Source of the DNA: Desulfosudaceae bacterium
Lineage (GTDB): Bacteria; Desulfobacterota; Desulfobacteria; Desulfobacterales; Desulfosudaceae
Reading direction: 5' to 3'
Length of the DNA: 64,000 bases
NCBI GenBank assembly: GCA_963674745.2
Contig: CAXXDV010000003.1
Span: 1,920,001 to 1,984,000, forward strand
A program made the translations under genes and the position numbers. Position 1 is the first letter of the stretch, and every line of letters begins with the position of its first letter. The notes under the pieces are model-generated. The model searched no databases. It saw nothing but the letters and a program-made list of their open reading frames with translations, and was not told where the DNA came from. Shown here piece by piece: positions 26,701 through 36,755 of this stretch.

Positions 26701-28973
26701 GACATGTTCCAGAACAGGCTGATCAGCAGCAGTAAGACGACCAGCACCACGGCGCCCACAGCCGCCTTGTTCTGGGATATCAGGCTGGTCAGGGCGTTCG
26801 TCTGCCCCATACCGGCTGATCGATGATGCTTGGCATGCAGCTCATCCACCTCGCTGTAGTAATACTTCGAATGATATTTCAAATATTCGGGGCCGATTTC
26901 AGGCCGGACGCTGTTCAATATGACCCCGACCACGTTGGCGTGAACCGCCTCGAGCATATCCTTGGCGCGTTTGAGGACACCGCGGGCGATCCTGCCGGCT
27001 GTATAGACCAGGATAACCCCGTCCACCATGGTCGCGACCTGACTGGCATCAGCCACAGGCAACGCCGGTGGAACATCCAGAAGAATATAATCATACTCCG
27101 GGTAAACCGTTTGAATGAAAAGTTTAAACTGATCCGAGCTCAGTATCTCACTGGGATTCTGATGTTTCGACCCGGCGGTAACAATATGAAGCTTATCCAG
27201 CCCCGGTGTTTTTAACACATCATCAATCTCCATATCCCCGACCATGATATCCGTTATATTATTGATGATGCCGTCAACGTCATAGTTATCCATAATAAAA
27301 TCGGTCAGACCGGGCTCACGGGACAGGCCGAAAATATTATGAAGAACGGAACGTCTGAGATCCGCCTCCACCAGCAGGACTTTTTCCCCATTCTGCGCCA
27401 ATGAAATTGCCAGATTGACACAGTTAAGTGTTTTCCCTTCCTGAAGGTAAGAACTGGTTACAATAAAGGATTTGCGCTCTTTTTCGAGTTTCAGGAATTG
27501 CAGGTTGGTCCGCAGGGATCTAAAGGCTTCGGCAGCCAGAGATTTGGGGTCATAGTGAACGATCAAATCAGCGTTTTCGTCCGCCATTCTTTCCCCATTC
27601 TGTCGACCTTCTTTTCGATCCAGAAACATCGACGGGATTACCCCCAGAACCGGCACTTTCAGTAGCTCTTCCAGATCTTCGATGGTGCCCATGGAGGTGT
27701 CAAATGTTTCCAGCCCGAAAGCGCCCACAAAACCGATGATCAGCCCCAGCACCAGGCCGGTGAAAATGATAAGATAGGGCGAGGGGATATTAAACGGTGC
27801 CGATGGTACAATGGCGCGTTTGACAATACTGACCTCGGCCATGGTACCCGAGGCCTGAATCAACAGGTTCTGATGCTTTTCCTGAAGCTGAGAATAAAGT
27901 TTATTTGCCAGATCAACCTTACGCTGGAGCTTGGCCAGTTCCTGGCTGCTCTCAGGAAGCCGGTTGCTATCAAGCATCAACGCCTGTTCTCGTTCCGAAA
28001 GTTTTTCTTCCTGCTTCAGCAGATGTTCGCGCCGTGTCTGAAGCTGTTTAGCCGCTTCATCAATAACGATACGGGTTTTCCCTTCAATGGCTTTTATCCG
28101 AGGATGTTCAGGCGTAAAGCGCAAGAGGAGCTCCCTTCGTTCCAGTCGTAAATCTTCAAATCGCTGCTGCAACGATGGGAAGAGCGTGTCTTTCCTGCCC
28201 CCCGGGAACAGCAGTTCGGCAATGGCATCATATGACTCGGCTGAGCCGTCCTCATAGAGAAAAAACAGTTTTTCGATCCATCTTTTCTCCTCGGCTACCG
28301 AGTCCAGGTCTTTGCGGACTTCGGAAAGACGATTCAACAGTTCCCGGGTCTGGGCACTAATCGAATAAATACCATGTTCTTCTTTGAACTGTCGCAAATC
28401 AATTTCAGCCTGTTTCAACTCCAACAGGGTGCGCTTCATTTGCTGTTCAACAAACTTGCGGGTTTCATCGATTTTCTCTTTCGCCTGGGAGATATCGTAA
28501 GCCTGATAAGCACTGGCCACTGCGTTGGCTATTACCGCTGCCGTTTCCCTGTCCTTATCAACAGCAGTAATATTAATAATATTGGTGCCGGGTTCCTGTT
28601 TGCCGGTAACGGTCGATTTAAGTCGCTGAAGAACCGCTATGTAGGGTTTACTGCTGAAGGCGCCATCCATGTCAACGTCCTGAGGGATAGTCCCCATTTT
28701 TTTGGCGGCCATGAGCAAAACCGGATAACTGGTCACGGAATAGGCGTGGGTGGATATATCTTCCGGCGGCACCCAGAAACCTCCGGCCAGTTTGGATCGG
28801 GTTTCCAACTTTATAGCCGACGAGGCCTTATACAGCGGGCTTGGCTCTTTAAACACGGCAAAGCCGTAACTGAAGATGACGACAGCCGCCGCAATAACAA
28901 TGATCACCCATTTTCTTTTTCGAATTATTCGCCAGTAATCCCTTAGATTTACATCATACTGTGTCATGAGCAT
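26697..28973 (-). CDS. wzc: Polysaccharide co-polymerase / tyrosine autokinase (Wzc-like)
   Basis: NLRDYWRII.KRKW, coiled-coil with HP motif, AEAFRSLRTNL, Walker A EGKT, ADLRR, LDVPP, Tyr cluster YLKYHSKYYY. Confidence 0.92.
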   Translation of the reverse strand: MLMTQYDVNLRDYWRIIRKRKWVIIVIAAAVVIFSYGFAVFKEPSPLYKASSAIKLETRSKLAGGFWVPPEDISTHAYSVTSYPVLLMAAKKMGTIPQDVDMDGAFSSKPYIAVLQRLKSTVTGKQEPGTNIINITAVDKDRETAAVIANAVASAYQAYDISQAKEKIDETRKFVEQQMKRTLLELKQAEIDLRQFKEEHGIYSISAQTRELLNRLSEVRKDLDSVAEEKRWIEKLFFLYEDGSAESYDAIAELLFPGGRKDTLFPSLQQRFEDLRLERRELLLRFTPEHPRIKAIEGKTRIVIDEAAKQLQTRREHLLKQEEKLSEREQALMLDSNRLPESSQELAKLQRKVDLANKLYSQLQEKHQNLLIQASGTMAEVSIVKRAIVPSAPFNIPSPYLIIFTGLVLGLIIGFVGAFGLETFDTSMGTIEDLEELLKVPVLGVIPSMFLDRKEGRQNGERMADENADLIVHYDPKSLAAEAFRSLRTNLQFLKLEKERKSFIVTSSYLQEGKTLNCVNLAISLAQNGEKVLLVEADLRRSVLHNIFGLSREPGLTDFIMDNYDVDGIINNITDIMVGDMEIDDVLKTPGLDKLHIVTAGSKHQNPSEILSSDQFKLFIQTVYPEYDYILLDVPPALPVADASQVATMVDGVILVYTAGRIARGVLKRAKDMLEAVHANVVGVILNSVRPEIGPEYLKYHSKYYYSEVDELHAKHHRSAGMGQTNALTSLISQNKAAVGAVVLVVLLLLISLFWNMS

Positions 28974-29026
28974 GTTTACCTGTTTATAGTTCTGCGTTAC
29001 CTGCTTACCGGCAACTGTTTCAGAGG

Positions 29027-31177
29027 TTAATCTCTCACATCATCAATCTCATTAACTGATCGAGCCGGAAGGGTAATAATGTTAAAGATGGGCCGTATCT
29101 GATCGACAAACAGCTTGACACTGCCGATGGGGCTTCTGGGCACATAGACCAGATCGCCATCGGCCAGGTCAATATTCTCACCCTGGCTACCCTGCTCAAC
29201 CAGCGCTTTCACATCAGCCGCAATAACTTCGGGTGCGGCAATATCACCCCGGACGATACGGGTTTCTTCGGGCCTGGCAAAAATAGTAGGGCCGCCGGCC
29301 ATGGAAACAGCGTCGAACAATTTCATGCTGGCGGTGGTAAATGAATAAATCCCGGGTTTTCTGACCTCTCCGAACACATACACCCGGCTTGATGAATCCT
29401 GGGACAGGCGGGGCACATATATCAGGTCGCCATGGTCCAGGATCGGGTTCTGGGTTCTGTCGCCCAAGGTAACCGCCTTGTAGACATCCACCTTGATTAC
29501 CTTGCTGCCATCCTTGCGGCGAATCCGTATATTCTTCAAGTCCGCGCTTTCAGCCAGAAGGCCGGCGCCGGACAGGATTTCCAAAAGCGTTGCCTTACCG
29601 GTTAAAAACATCTTGCCTCCGCCCACCTGCCGATCCAGGGCGGTATCGCTGCCCGGCCCCATCACGGTTACAAATTTGCTTCTATACTTCTTGACCGACA
29701 CGCCGATCTGTGGATCTATCACAAACCTTGACAATCGCTGCATCAGCGCTTCTTCCACCTCGGACGGCGACATGCCGACTACAGGCATGTTATTGATAAA
29801 GTCAAATGAGATCCTGCCGTTGGGTTTTACGACCACATTCTCCGTGCGTATGCCTTCGGGTTCCCACAACTCAATAGAAAGCACGTCTCCGGCGCCGATT
29901 TTATATTCTGGAACGCCATCAATTGTCGTAAAAACCTGGTTCTCATAAACTACATCTGCGTCCGGCATCTCCTCCAAAGCTTTTCCGGCGCTTTCAGCCG
30001 TCATATCAACAGCATTATTACTGTCTACAGGGAACACCTTGATTCCTTCCCCCCCTGATGCGGCCAGAACAACCGTTGTGCTTTCCATTCCAAAGCCGGA
30101 TGCAGCCAGATCATAATAAGACCCCTCGGACGGAAAACGGCCCTCCAGCTGATTCCAGTTGCCTCTCCCTTTATTGAGCCAGCAGACAAGACCGCCGAGT
30201 TCAACCGAAGCGGTCATCAGGTCGACCCGGTCGTCATCATTTATTTTGACAGGCAGCACTTTCCAGAAGCTGCCGATATCCGTCGGCCCGTCAATCCTGG
30301 CAAACTCACCCCTGCCGTCTCCGGTATATATGGCCACACCGGCGCGATAGGTTCCGACCAGCAGATCGATATTTCCATCTCCGTTGATATCTCCCGGGGT
30401 AATCGTGTAATAACTGCCCCGGTCAAGGGTTTTGGCCGGCGACCAACTCCCCTTTCCGTCACCAAACCAGATTTTTACCGTACCGTATGTTCCCCATCCG
30501 ACAGCAGCAATATCCAGAACATTGTCGGCATTGAAATCAGCCGTGCACACGTCCATGAATTTACCGCTGATGGTGGGTCCGCATTCCACTTTCCAGTTAC
30601 CCTGCCCGTCTCCCAGCCAGACCTGAATACCGCCATGGGTATCCGAGGTGGCATTGGCGGCGACAATGTCGTAATATCCGTCATTGTTGATATCCGCCAG
30701 CTCGAGGCCTTCGTAAAGGTTGATCCGGATGGGGGTTTCGCCTTTTTTCCATCCGCCCTCAGAATCATTAAGCCAGACCAGAATACCCGACGACTCCCGC
30801 TGAACCGAACAGACAATATCTTTCAAGCCGTCACCGTTCAGATCGGCAGCGTCAATGGAACGGACATCTCCCTTGAACGGCAGCTTCAGCGGCTTTAAAA
30901 AGTTGGTTTCCTTCTGTTTATACCAGATTGAAACCCCGCCCGGCTCCGAGGAACCGCCCGCGAAATCATCAAAACCATCGTTGTTCAGGTCGGCAATAAC
31001 CAGTGTGCGGAAACTTCCTGAAGTAATCGGACTGCCGCTGCTGAACATGGCCACCAGAGGAGCGGCGGGTTGCTTGGCGGCACAGCCCAGAAACAAGATG
31101 GCCGTCAGACAAACGACCAGCGTGCCAATAATAATTTTTTCGGTATTTTTTACGCTTTGCCTGACATTCTTTTTCAT
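29027..31177 (-). CDS. Lipoprotein: FG-GAP/VCBS repeats fused to polysaccharide export (Wza-like) and SLBB domains
   Basis: Lipobox LFLGC; repeated ADLNGDG..D; YKIGAGDVL.I..W...V.PNG.I (Poly_export); VYVFGEVRKPG (SLBB). Confidence 0.87.
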   Translation of the reverse strand: MKKNVRQSVKNTEKIIIGTLVVCLTAILFLGCAAKQPAAPLVAMFSSGSPITSGSFRTLVIADLNNDGFDDFAGGSSEPGGVSIWYKQKETNFLKPLKLPFKGDVRSIDAADLNGDGLKDIVCSVQRESSGILVWLNDSEGGWKKGETPIRINLYEGLELADINNDGYYDIVAANATSDTHGGIQVWLGDGQGNWKVECGPTISGKFMDVCTADFNADNVLDIAAVGWGTYGTVKIWFGDGKGSWSPAKTLDRGSYYTITPGDINGDGNIDLLVGTYRAGVAIYTGDGRGEFARIDGPTDIGSFWKVLPVKINDDDRVDLMTASVELGGLVCWLNKGRGNWNQLEGRFPSEGSYYDLAASGFGMESTTVVLAASGGEGIKVFPVDSNNAVDMTAESAGKALEEMPDADVVYENQVFTTIDGVPEYKIGAGDVLSIELWEPEGIRTENVVVKPNGRISFDFINNMPVVGMSPSEVEEALMQRLSRFVIDPQIGVSVKKYRSKFVTVMGPGSDTALDRQVGGGKMFLTGKATLLEILSGAGLLAESADLKNIRIRRKDGSKVIKVDVYKAVTLGDRTQNPILDHGDLIYVPRLSQDSSSRVYVFGEVRKPGIYSFTTASMKLFDAVSMAGGPTIFARPEETRIVRGDIAAPEVIAADVKALVEQGSQGENIDLADGDLVYVPRSPIGSVKLFVDQIRPIFNIITLPARSVNEIDDVRD

Positions 31178-31191
31178 TGAGTAAACACTCC

Positions 31192-31989
31192 CTATTCTAA
31201 ATCAGCCACAGCCTGCCTGACGATTTCGGCATCGACCTGTTGCGTCTTCTGCATCATCCCCATTAAAAAACAGCGGTCACACACGTTGTTGATCCTCAGC
31301 GGGATACCGTTTGAATATTCAAATATCAACGGCATGGCATCATCCGTGAATATATTCATATCCGCTCCGGCAAGATCCAGCCGATACCGGATATATTGTT
31401 CAACCTGCTGCTGATCCAGCGACGTTAAATGATATTTCATGCTGATCCGTTCTTTCAACGGCTGGAGCATCTCGATCTTACTAAGCAGTGCCGGCTGCCC
31501 TACCATAATCAGCGTCAGCAAAAACCGGTTGTCGGCCTGAAGATTCAGCAACATCCGTAATTCTTCAAGAACGCTTTTTCTGTTGATCACATGCGCCTCG
31601 TCGATGATCAGTACGGCGCCGCCGCCCCGTTCCGCGAAATACTCCAGTTTCAACCGAAGCCTTTCAATAATCAGCGATTTGGAATCGCTTTTCAGGGCCA
31701 CACCGAACTGGAGCAAAACAGCCCGAACAAGGTCTGTGGCGGAAAGCGCCGGATTAGGAATCACCCGCACTTCATATTTACCTTTGGGCAGGTAGGCTGA
31801 CAGGTTCCTGATCACGGTTGTCTTCCCGCAACCGACCTCACCGGTCAGCATGGCCACCCCTTTCCGGTAGTTAATCACATACAGCAAGCGGTTAATGGCT
31901 TCCTGGTGCTGAGGTGATTCAAAAAAAACATCGTAACTGGGGACATTGACAAACGGTGGTTCATGAAAACCCCAGTAATCAAGATACAT
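31192..31989 (-). CDS. ExeA/GspA-like AAA ATPase
   Basis: MYLDYWGF.E.PF, TGEVGCGKTT, LIIDEAH, LEELRML.N, VGQP, GIPLRIN..CD. Confidence 0.92.
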   Translation of the reverse strand: MYLDYWGFHEPPFVNVPSYDVFFESPQHQEAINRLLYVINYRKGVAMLTGEVGCGKTTVIRNLSAYLPKGKYEVRVIPNPALSATDLVRAVLLQFGVALKSDSKSLIIERLRLKLEYFAERGGGAVLIIDEAHVINRKSVLEELRMLLNLQADNRFLLTLIMVGQPALLSKIEMLQPLKERISMKYHLTSLDQQQVEQYIRYRLDLAGADMNIFTDDAMPLIFEYSNGIPLRINNVCDRCFLMGMMQKTQQVDAEIVRQAVADLE

Positions 31990-32044
31990 TCATTCCTCCG
32001 GACAACGCCTCTGTCAGTTCTGTCAAGCGGCTGTTTGTGCCTGG

Positions 32045-33100
32045 TTAAACAGAAGCCGACTGGACATCTTCTTCAGCCACAGCGTCGACAATAAACAATA
32101 ACGGGTTTTCTCTTAAATCCACAATCCGTTCCGATAAAACCGGTTTTTCCTGTGCGTCTAATAAAATTCTCAACCGGGGGCGCAACGGATCCCGGGAATC
32201 TGTTTCAAGAACCCTGCCGACGGCACCGGAATTGAGCTGGACGAAACTGGAAACCGGAAACAGGGAAACCGTATTAACCAGCGCTTTGAGAAGCCGCCTG
32301 TCATAAGCCTGCTTGCCGGAACGGATAATTTCCTTGATGGAGGGGAAATGCAGAAACCGATCCCGATGAGGCCGTGAATGCACCAGCGCCTCATACAAAT
32401 CCGCCAGTCCGACAATTTGTGCATATTCATGGATATCCCCGGCCGTCAGTCCGGATGGGTATCCCGAACCGTCCAGGCGCTCATAAACCTGAACAGCAAT
32501 CTCGGCCAGGTGGGAATATTGACCACCTGTCTGCTCCAATATCTGCTGAGACAAAAGTGTCCGCTGTCTCAACTGACGCAGCTCCTCTTCCGTCAACTGA
32601 GACGGTTTATTATAAAGCGATTCGGGAATCCTGGCCGTTCCGATATCATGAAGTAAAGCCGCTGTTCCGAGCTGCACCAGGGCAGATTCACTGAGTCCCA
32701 AATCGTTGCCGAGCAGGATGGAAATGATGGCGACGTTCAGGGAATGATGAGCAATCGTGTCATCCCGGTAGTCATTGTAAACCGCCAGAGATAAAAGGCC
32801 TTTCGAATTTTGAAGATTGATGATCAGTTTTCTGGTCACGCTGATGGCCTGTTCAACGGGAAACGTTCTTTCCGCCTGAACTGCCGCATAAGCGTCGGTG
32901 TAAAATTTCAGACCCGCCTGGTACAGGCGTTCATCTTCTTTCCGAATGGCTGTTTCTGCACTGTCTTTGCCAGAAGCGGCATCTCCAAGGCGGCTTAATT
33001 CCAGTCTTTCCGCGTCATTCCGGCCACTGGATTTTAGCCGCTTGTTTTTATGCCCGCTTTCAGCGGCAAGCTTGGACATGTTCAACTTTGAATCATTCAT
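32045..33100 (-). CDS. HD-GYP domain protein with degenerate motifs
   Basis: HSLNVA, LLHDIG, ERLDGSGYP.GL, ADLYEAL; C-terminal FP..SFVQLNSG.VG.V. Confidence 0.85.
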   Translation of the reverse strand: MNDSKLNMSKLAAESGHKNKRLKSSGRNDAERLELSRLGDAASGKDSAETAIRKEDERLYQAGLKFYTDAYAAVQAERTFPVEQAISVTRKLIINLQNSKGLLSLAVYNDYRDDTIAHHSLNVAIISILLGNDLGLSESALVQLGTAALLHDIGTARIPESLYNKPSQLTEEELRQLRQRTLLSQQILEQTGGQYSHLAEIAVQVYERLDGSGYPSGLTAGDIHEYAQIVGLADLYEALVHSRPHRDRFLHFPSIKEIIRSGKQAYDRRLLKALVNTVSLFPVSSFVQLNSGAVGRVLETDSRDPLRPRLRILLDAQEKPVLSERIVDLRENPLLFIVDAVAEEDVQSASV

Positions 33101-33168
33101 CGCACACCAAAATTATTCAGAAAGGATTAACAATAAACTTTGTTTAGACTGCCTTTTTAATTTTTTTT

Positions 33169-33196
33169 ATTATATCAAATTCTAGAAAAAAATCAA
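33169..33196 (-). promoter_or_regulatory. Predicted sigma-70 promoter for the HD-GYP to wzy block
   Basis: Minus strand TTGATT-N16-TATAAT in an AT-rich intergenic gap. Confidence 0.5.
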
Positions 33197-33218
33197 CACT
33201 TTTTAGAGGTTATAATCT

Positions 33219-34394
33219 TTATGATTGCCTGAAAGAACGACCGGATCGTTCCAGCACACTGATCATTAAAACCAGTAACAGCGCCTGTATCAGGAGCAGG
33301 GCGGCTTCCAGCACCCCGGCATGGCGTAAAACCACAGCACTGATACCGAGACAGCCGTTCAAAGCAAAAATGAAGACCACGCTTTTCACATTGCTGTCCA
33401 GCACAACCGCCAACCGGTGATGAAGGTGATCACGGCCGACGTATTCAAGCCATTGGCGTACACTGGCAACCTTACCGGCAACGATACGGTCGATGGTAAT
33501 ATAAAACATGTCAAATATCAGCACCCAGAAAATCAGTACCGGTGAAACCAGGGCCACAACCGGGTTGTCAACGGACCATACGCCATAAACAGAAATACTT
33601 GCAAGAATGAAGCCAATAAATGTGCTGCCCGCATCTCCCAAAAAAATAAAGGCTTTACCTTTGGCGCGAAAATTATAGGGTAAAAACCCGAGACAACTGC
33701 CCATTACCGCAACGGCAATCCAGCCGACAAAAGGTTGATCGGTCTGGTATGCGACCACGCTCAGAAAAAAAGCGATCATGGCGCCCAGGCCTGCCGCCAG
33801 ACCATTCATACCATCAAAAAAGTTCATGGCATTGGTAATGCCGACGATCCACAAGAAAGTCAGGCCGAGGTTGGCCAGTTGAGAAAACAGGCCCAGATGG
33901 TCCGGGACAACACGCAGAAAAACGCCCTGACTGACAACAATTGCTACCGCCAGGAGCTGAACCATTAACTTTATTATGGCTGAGACGCCCTTTGCATCAT
34001 CGGCCAACCCGACAACAAAAACCAGCAATGCGGCCCCCAGGACCCCTCCGATCGCCCTGTTTATAATACCGTTGATAAAAATTGCCGCCAGAAAGGCCAG
34101 AAAAACAGCCACTCCACCGAACAGGGGCGTTGCCTGGTCGTGTGTCTTGCGTTCATCAGGCATATCAAAAGCGTTAAAACGTCGGGCCAGGCGGATGCAC
34201 AGTGGTGTCAGGCAAAATGAAAGTACGGAGGAGATGGCCAGAATATATCCCCATCGCATACCGCAACAGGTAAATGCCCGGAAAACAGGTGGCAGCAAAA
34301 GCAGTCCGGTAATTACCAGTACTGAGAAATAAACAAACCGGCCGGAACGATTACCGCCTGTTATTTTAATCATGACGATGATTTCTCCAAACAA
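33219..34394 (-). CDS. Undecaprenyl-phosphate HexNAc-1-phosphate transferase (WecA/MraY family)
   Basis: D.P..RK.H...TP..GG, GLADD, NAMNFFDGMNGL, FLGDAGS, DHLHHRL. Confidence 0.92.
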   Translation of the reverse strand: MFGEIIVMIKITGGNRSGRFVYFSVLVITGLLLLPPVFRAFTCCGMRWGYILAISSVLSFCLTPLCIRLARRFNAFDMPDERKTHDQATPLFGGVAVFLAFLAAIFINGIINRAIGGVLGAALLVFVVGLADDAKGVSAIIKLMVQLLAVAIVVSQGVFLRVVPDHLGLFSQLANLGLTFLWIVGITNAMNFFDGMNGLAAGLGAMIAFFLSVVAYQTDQPFVGWIAVAVMGSCLGFLPYNFRAKGKAFIFLGDAGSTFIGFILASISVYGVWSVDNPVVALVSPVLIFWVLIFDMFYITIDRIVAGKVASVRQWLEYVGRDHLHHRLAVVLDSNVKSVVFIFALNGCLGISAVVLRHAGVLEAALLLIQALLLVLMISVLERSGRSFRQS

Positions 34395-35422
34395 TTGTTC
34401 AAAGCGCCAATAATACTTTCTACTTCATCATCTGTTAATGACGGGTATATGGGAACAGACATTGCCGAAAACCAGGCTGCATCCGAATGTTCGTATCCGG
34501 CCAACCCCAGGTATTTGTGAAGCGGTTGATAAACGGGCCGGGCGCAGGCGACACCCTTTTGAGACAAAAGCGCTATCCAGAGACCGGCATCACCCGGCAT
34601 TTGGATGACATAGCGAAAAAAAATACAGCCGGCATTCTGCCGGGGCAAGTGGACGTCGAACAGGCCCAGGGCATCGCTGTATCTTTCGGCTATATCACGC
34701 CGGCTACGGATGAATCCGGCCAGGTGCTGCAGTTGTGAGCGCCCCATGGCAGCCTGAAAGTCACTCATCTTATAATTATACCGGACACGATAATCTTTCC
34801 GGTTATCATAACTCCTCAAGTCCTTTATCTTTTCAATCAGGGCGCCATCCTGTGAAGACACCAGCCCCCCCTCGCCGGTCGTCATGACCTTGGTCGCATA
34901 AAAAGAAAACACGGCCAGACGACCGAAAGTCCCCAGCGGTCGGCTTTTGTATTGACCGCCCACGGCCTGGGCACAGTCCTCGATGACCGGAACATCGAGC
35001 TGCAACAGCCGGTCCATGTCGGCCGGCAGGCCGAACAGGTGGGGAACGATAATCGCCTTTGTCCGGCCGGAAATCCGTTTTTCAACATCCCCCGGATCGA
35101 TGTTGAACGTGTCCGGGATGATATCTGCCAGAACCGGTGTCGCCCCTGCATAATTCACGGCGTTCAAGAGTGCCGTGCAGACAAAAGAAGGAATGATCAC
35201 TTCATCGCCCGGGCCGATGTCCAGGGCCAGCAGGGCCAGATGAAGGCCTGCCGTGCCTGAGCTGACAGCCGCCCCATGCCCCAGTTCAAGGCTTGAAACA
35301 AAATCCTGCTCAAATTGTTCCACCATCTCACCCTGGGCAATCATGCCCGATCTGATGACCTGTCCGGCGGCTTCAGATTCAGACTTGCCAATTGTGGGAC
35401 GTGAATGGGGGATATTTGCCAT
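34370..35422 (-). CDS. DegT/DnrJ/EryC1/StrS sugar aminotransferase
   Basis: SSGTAGLHLAL, IEDCAQA, SFYATKVMTTGEGG, YNYKMSD. Confidence 0.94.
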   Translation of the reverse strand: MANIPHSRPTIGKSESEAAGQVIRSGMIAQGEMVEQFEQDFVSSLELGHGAAVSSGTAGLHLALLALDIGPGDEVIIPSFVCTALLNAVNYAGATPVLADIIPDTFNIDPGDVEKRISGRTKAIIVPHLFGLPADMDRLLQLDVPVIEDCAQAVGGQYKSRPLGTFGRLAVFSFYATKVMTTGEGGLVSSQDGALIEKIKDLRSYDNRKDYRVRYNYKMSDFQAAMGRSQLQHLAGFIRSRRDIAERYSDALGLFDVHLPRQNAGCIFFRYVIQMPGDAGLWIALLSQKGVACARPVYQPLHKYLGLAGYEHSDAAWFSAMSVPIYPSLTDDEVESIIGALNNCLEKSSS

Positions 35423-35441
35423 ACGAACAACGCCTCCCGGT

Positions 35442-36068
35442 TTATTCGTTTAAAAAAAGCCGCAAAGGACAAAAGGCTTCGGCGTATTTCACCCGTCCCT
35501 GGATTCCCCTGAAAACGGCAGCGGCATCAGCGATGTCGAGTATGGATAGCCCCTCGATATTGGTCCTGCTGACCTGAGAGTGGTGGGCCTTAAGCAGCTC
35601 CCGTTTTTTATCCATCCAGCGGCCGACATCGACAAAAACCGTGGGATCGAACCGCTGACTGGTGGGGCCTTCGTAAAACAAGACATTCCGGACATAACGG
35701 GTAGCGGAAACGACCATTTGTGCCAGATGGCGATGGTCCTGGTGGGTATCATCATGGAAATGGCTGAAAATGAAATCCGGTTTTACCGCGGCCATGACCT
35801 GTTCAATATACTGGATGGTATCCAGCCCGATCGCCAGTCGTGTGTCCTCGGCATCTCCCCAGAAAAGGCCTTTTACGCCGACAATCCCGGCCGATGCCAC
35901 CTGTTCCGCCATTCTCAAATCAGGGTCCCCACCCTGTCCGCCTTTGGACATGACCAGCAGGTATATCCGATGGCCGTTACTGGCATAGTCAAGAAGCGTC
36001 CCGCCGCAGCCGAATTCAATATCATCCGGATGCGCGCCGATGGCCAGAATATTCAGAGGTTTTTCCAA
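35442..36068 (-). CDS. PIG-L/LmbE family deacetylase
   Basis: AHPDDIEFGCGG, DTHQDH, AHHSQ. Confidence 0.92.
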   Translation of the reverse strand: MEKPLNILAIGAHPDDIEFGCGGTLLDYASNGHRIYLLVMSKGGQGGDPDLRMAEQVASAGIVGVKGLFWGDAEDTRLAIGLDTIQYIEQVMAAVKPDFIFSHFHDDTHQDHRHLAQMVVSATRYVRNVLFYEGPTSQRFDPTVFVDVGRWMDKKRELLKAHHSQVSRTNIEGLSILDIADAAAVFRGIQGRVKYAEAFCPLRLFLNE

Positions 36069-36071
36069 GGA

Positions 36072-36755
36072 TCACACTCCTTTTCCGATCAATGCGGCAC
36101 CCTCCGGGCCGCAGTTTAATAACAGGTCGATCACCGACAGGTGGGAAACGAAATCCCCGAACAACTGTGGATATACCGGATGTTCATATTTCTGAAACAA
36201 AACCCTGATCCGGCTCTCCTTAAAACGGGTGATATCCATATAATTGGCTCCGCCCTGCCCTGCCAGATACGTATCAGCACCGAAATGCCGACAGATATCA
36301 ATCAGACGATCGGTGGGGTCCTCTCTCATGACCGGCAGTTCAGACGCGACAACCGTCCTGGTTTCAATGCCAAGGGCCAGGCGCAGTTTTTCGGCCAGAT
36401 TGATGTTCAGCACCGACAGCTTCTCCTGATCGGATAAAATGATCGGGCGGAACATTTCCATGTACCGATTAAAATAAGACGCACGGCTGTAATTCGTGGT
36501 AATGGTCTGCAAATGCTTTTTCCCCCATGCCGTGGTCCGGTTTATGCCGACCTGATTGATTTTCTGCGGAAATCGATACGACACCGGTACCGTCAACCAC
36601 TGCCAGCCCTGCGCCGTTTTAACCCGGTTTCTGTTCTGCCATTCATTTTTTTTGTATTGAACCGTATCAAGATAACAGAAAATATCCACCTTGGCCATTT
36701 TATCAAAATAACCGAGCCAGGGAAGATACTGGGGCTGATGAACAGCAACAATCAT
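36072..36755 (-). CDS. wbqC: WbqC family protein
   Basis: HQPQYLPWLGYFDK, WQNRNR, WLTVP, LSVIDLLLNCG. Confidence 0.93.
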   Translation of the reverse strand: MIVAVHQPQYLPWLGYFDKMAKVDIFCYLDTVQYKKNEWQNRNRVKTAQGWQWLTVPVSYRFPQKINQVGINRTTAWGKKHLQTITTNYSRASYFNRYMEMFRPIILSDQEKLSVLNINLAEKLRLALGIETRTVVASELPVMREDPTDRLIDICRHFGADTYLAGQGGANYMDITRFKESRIRVLFQKYEHPVYPQLFGDFVSHLSVIDLLLNCGPEGAALIGKGV

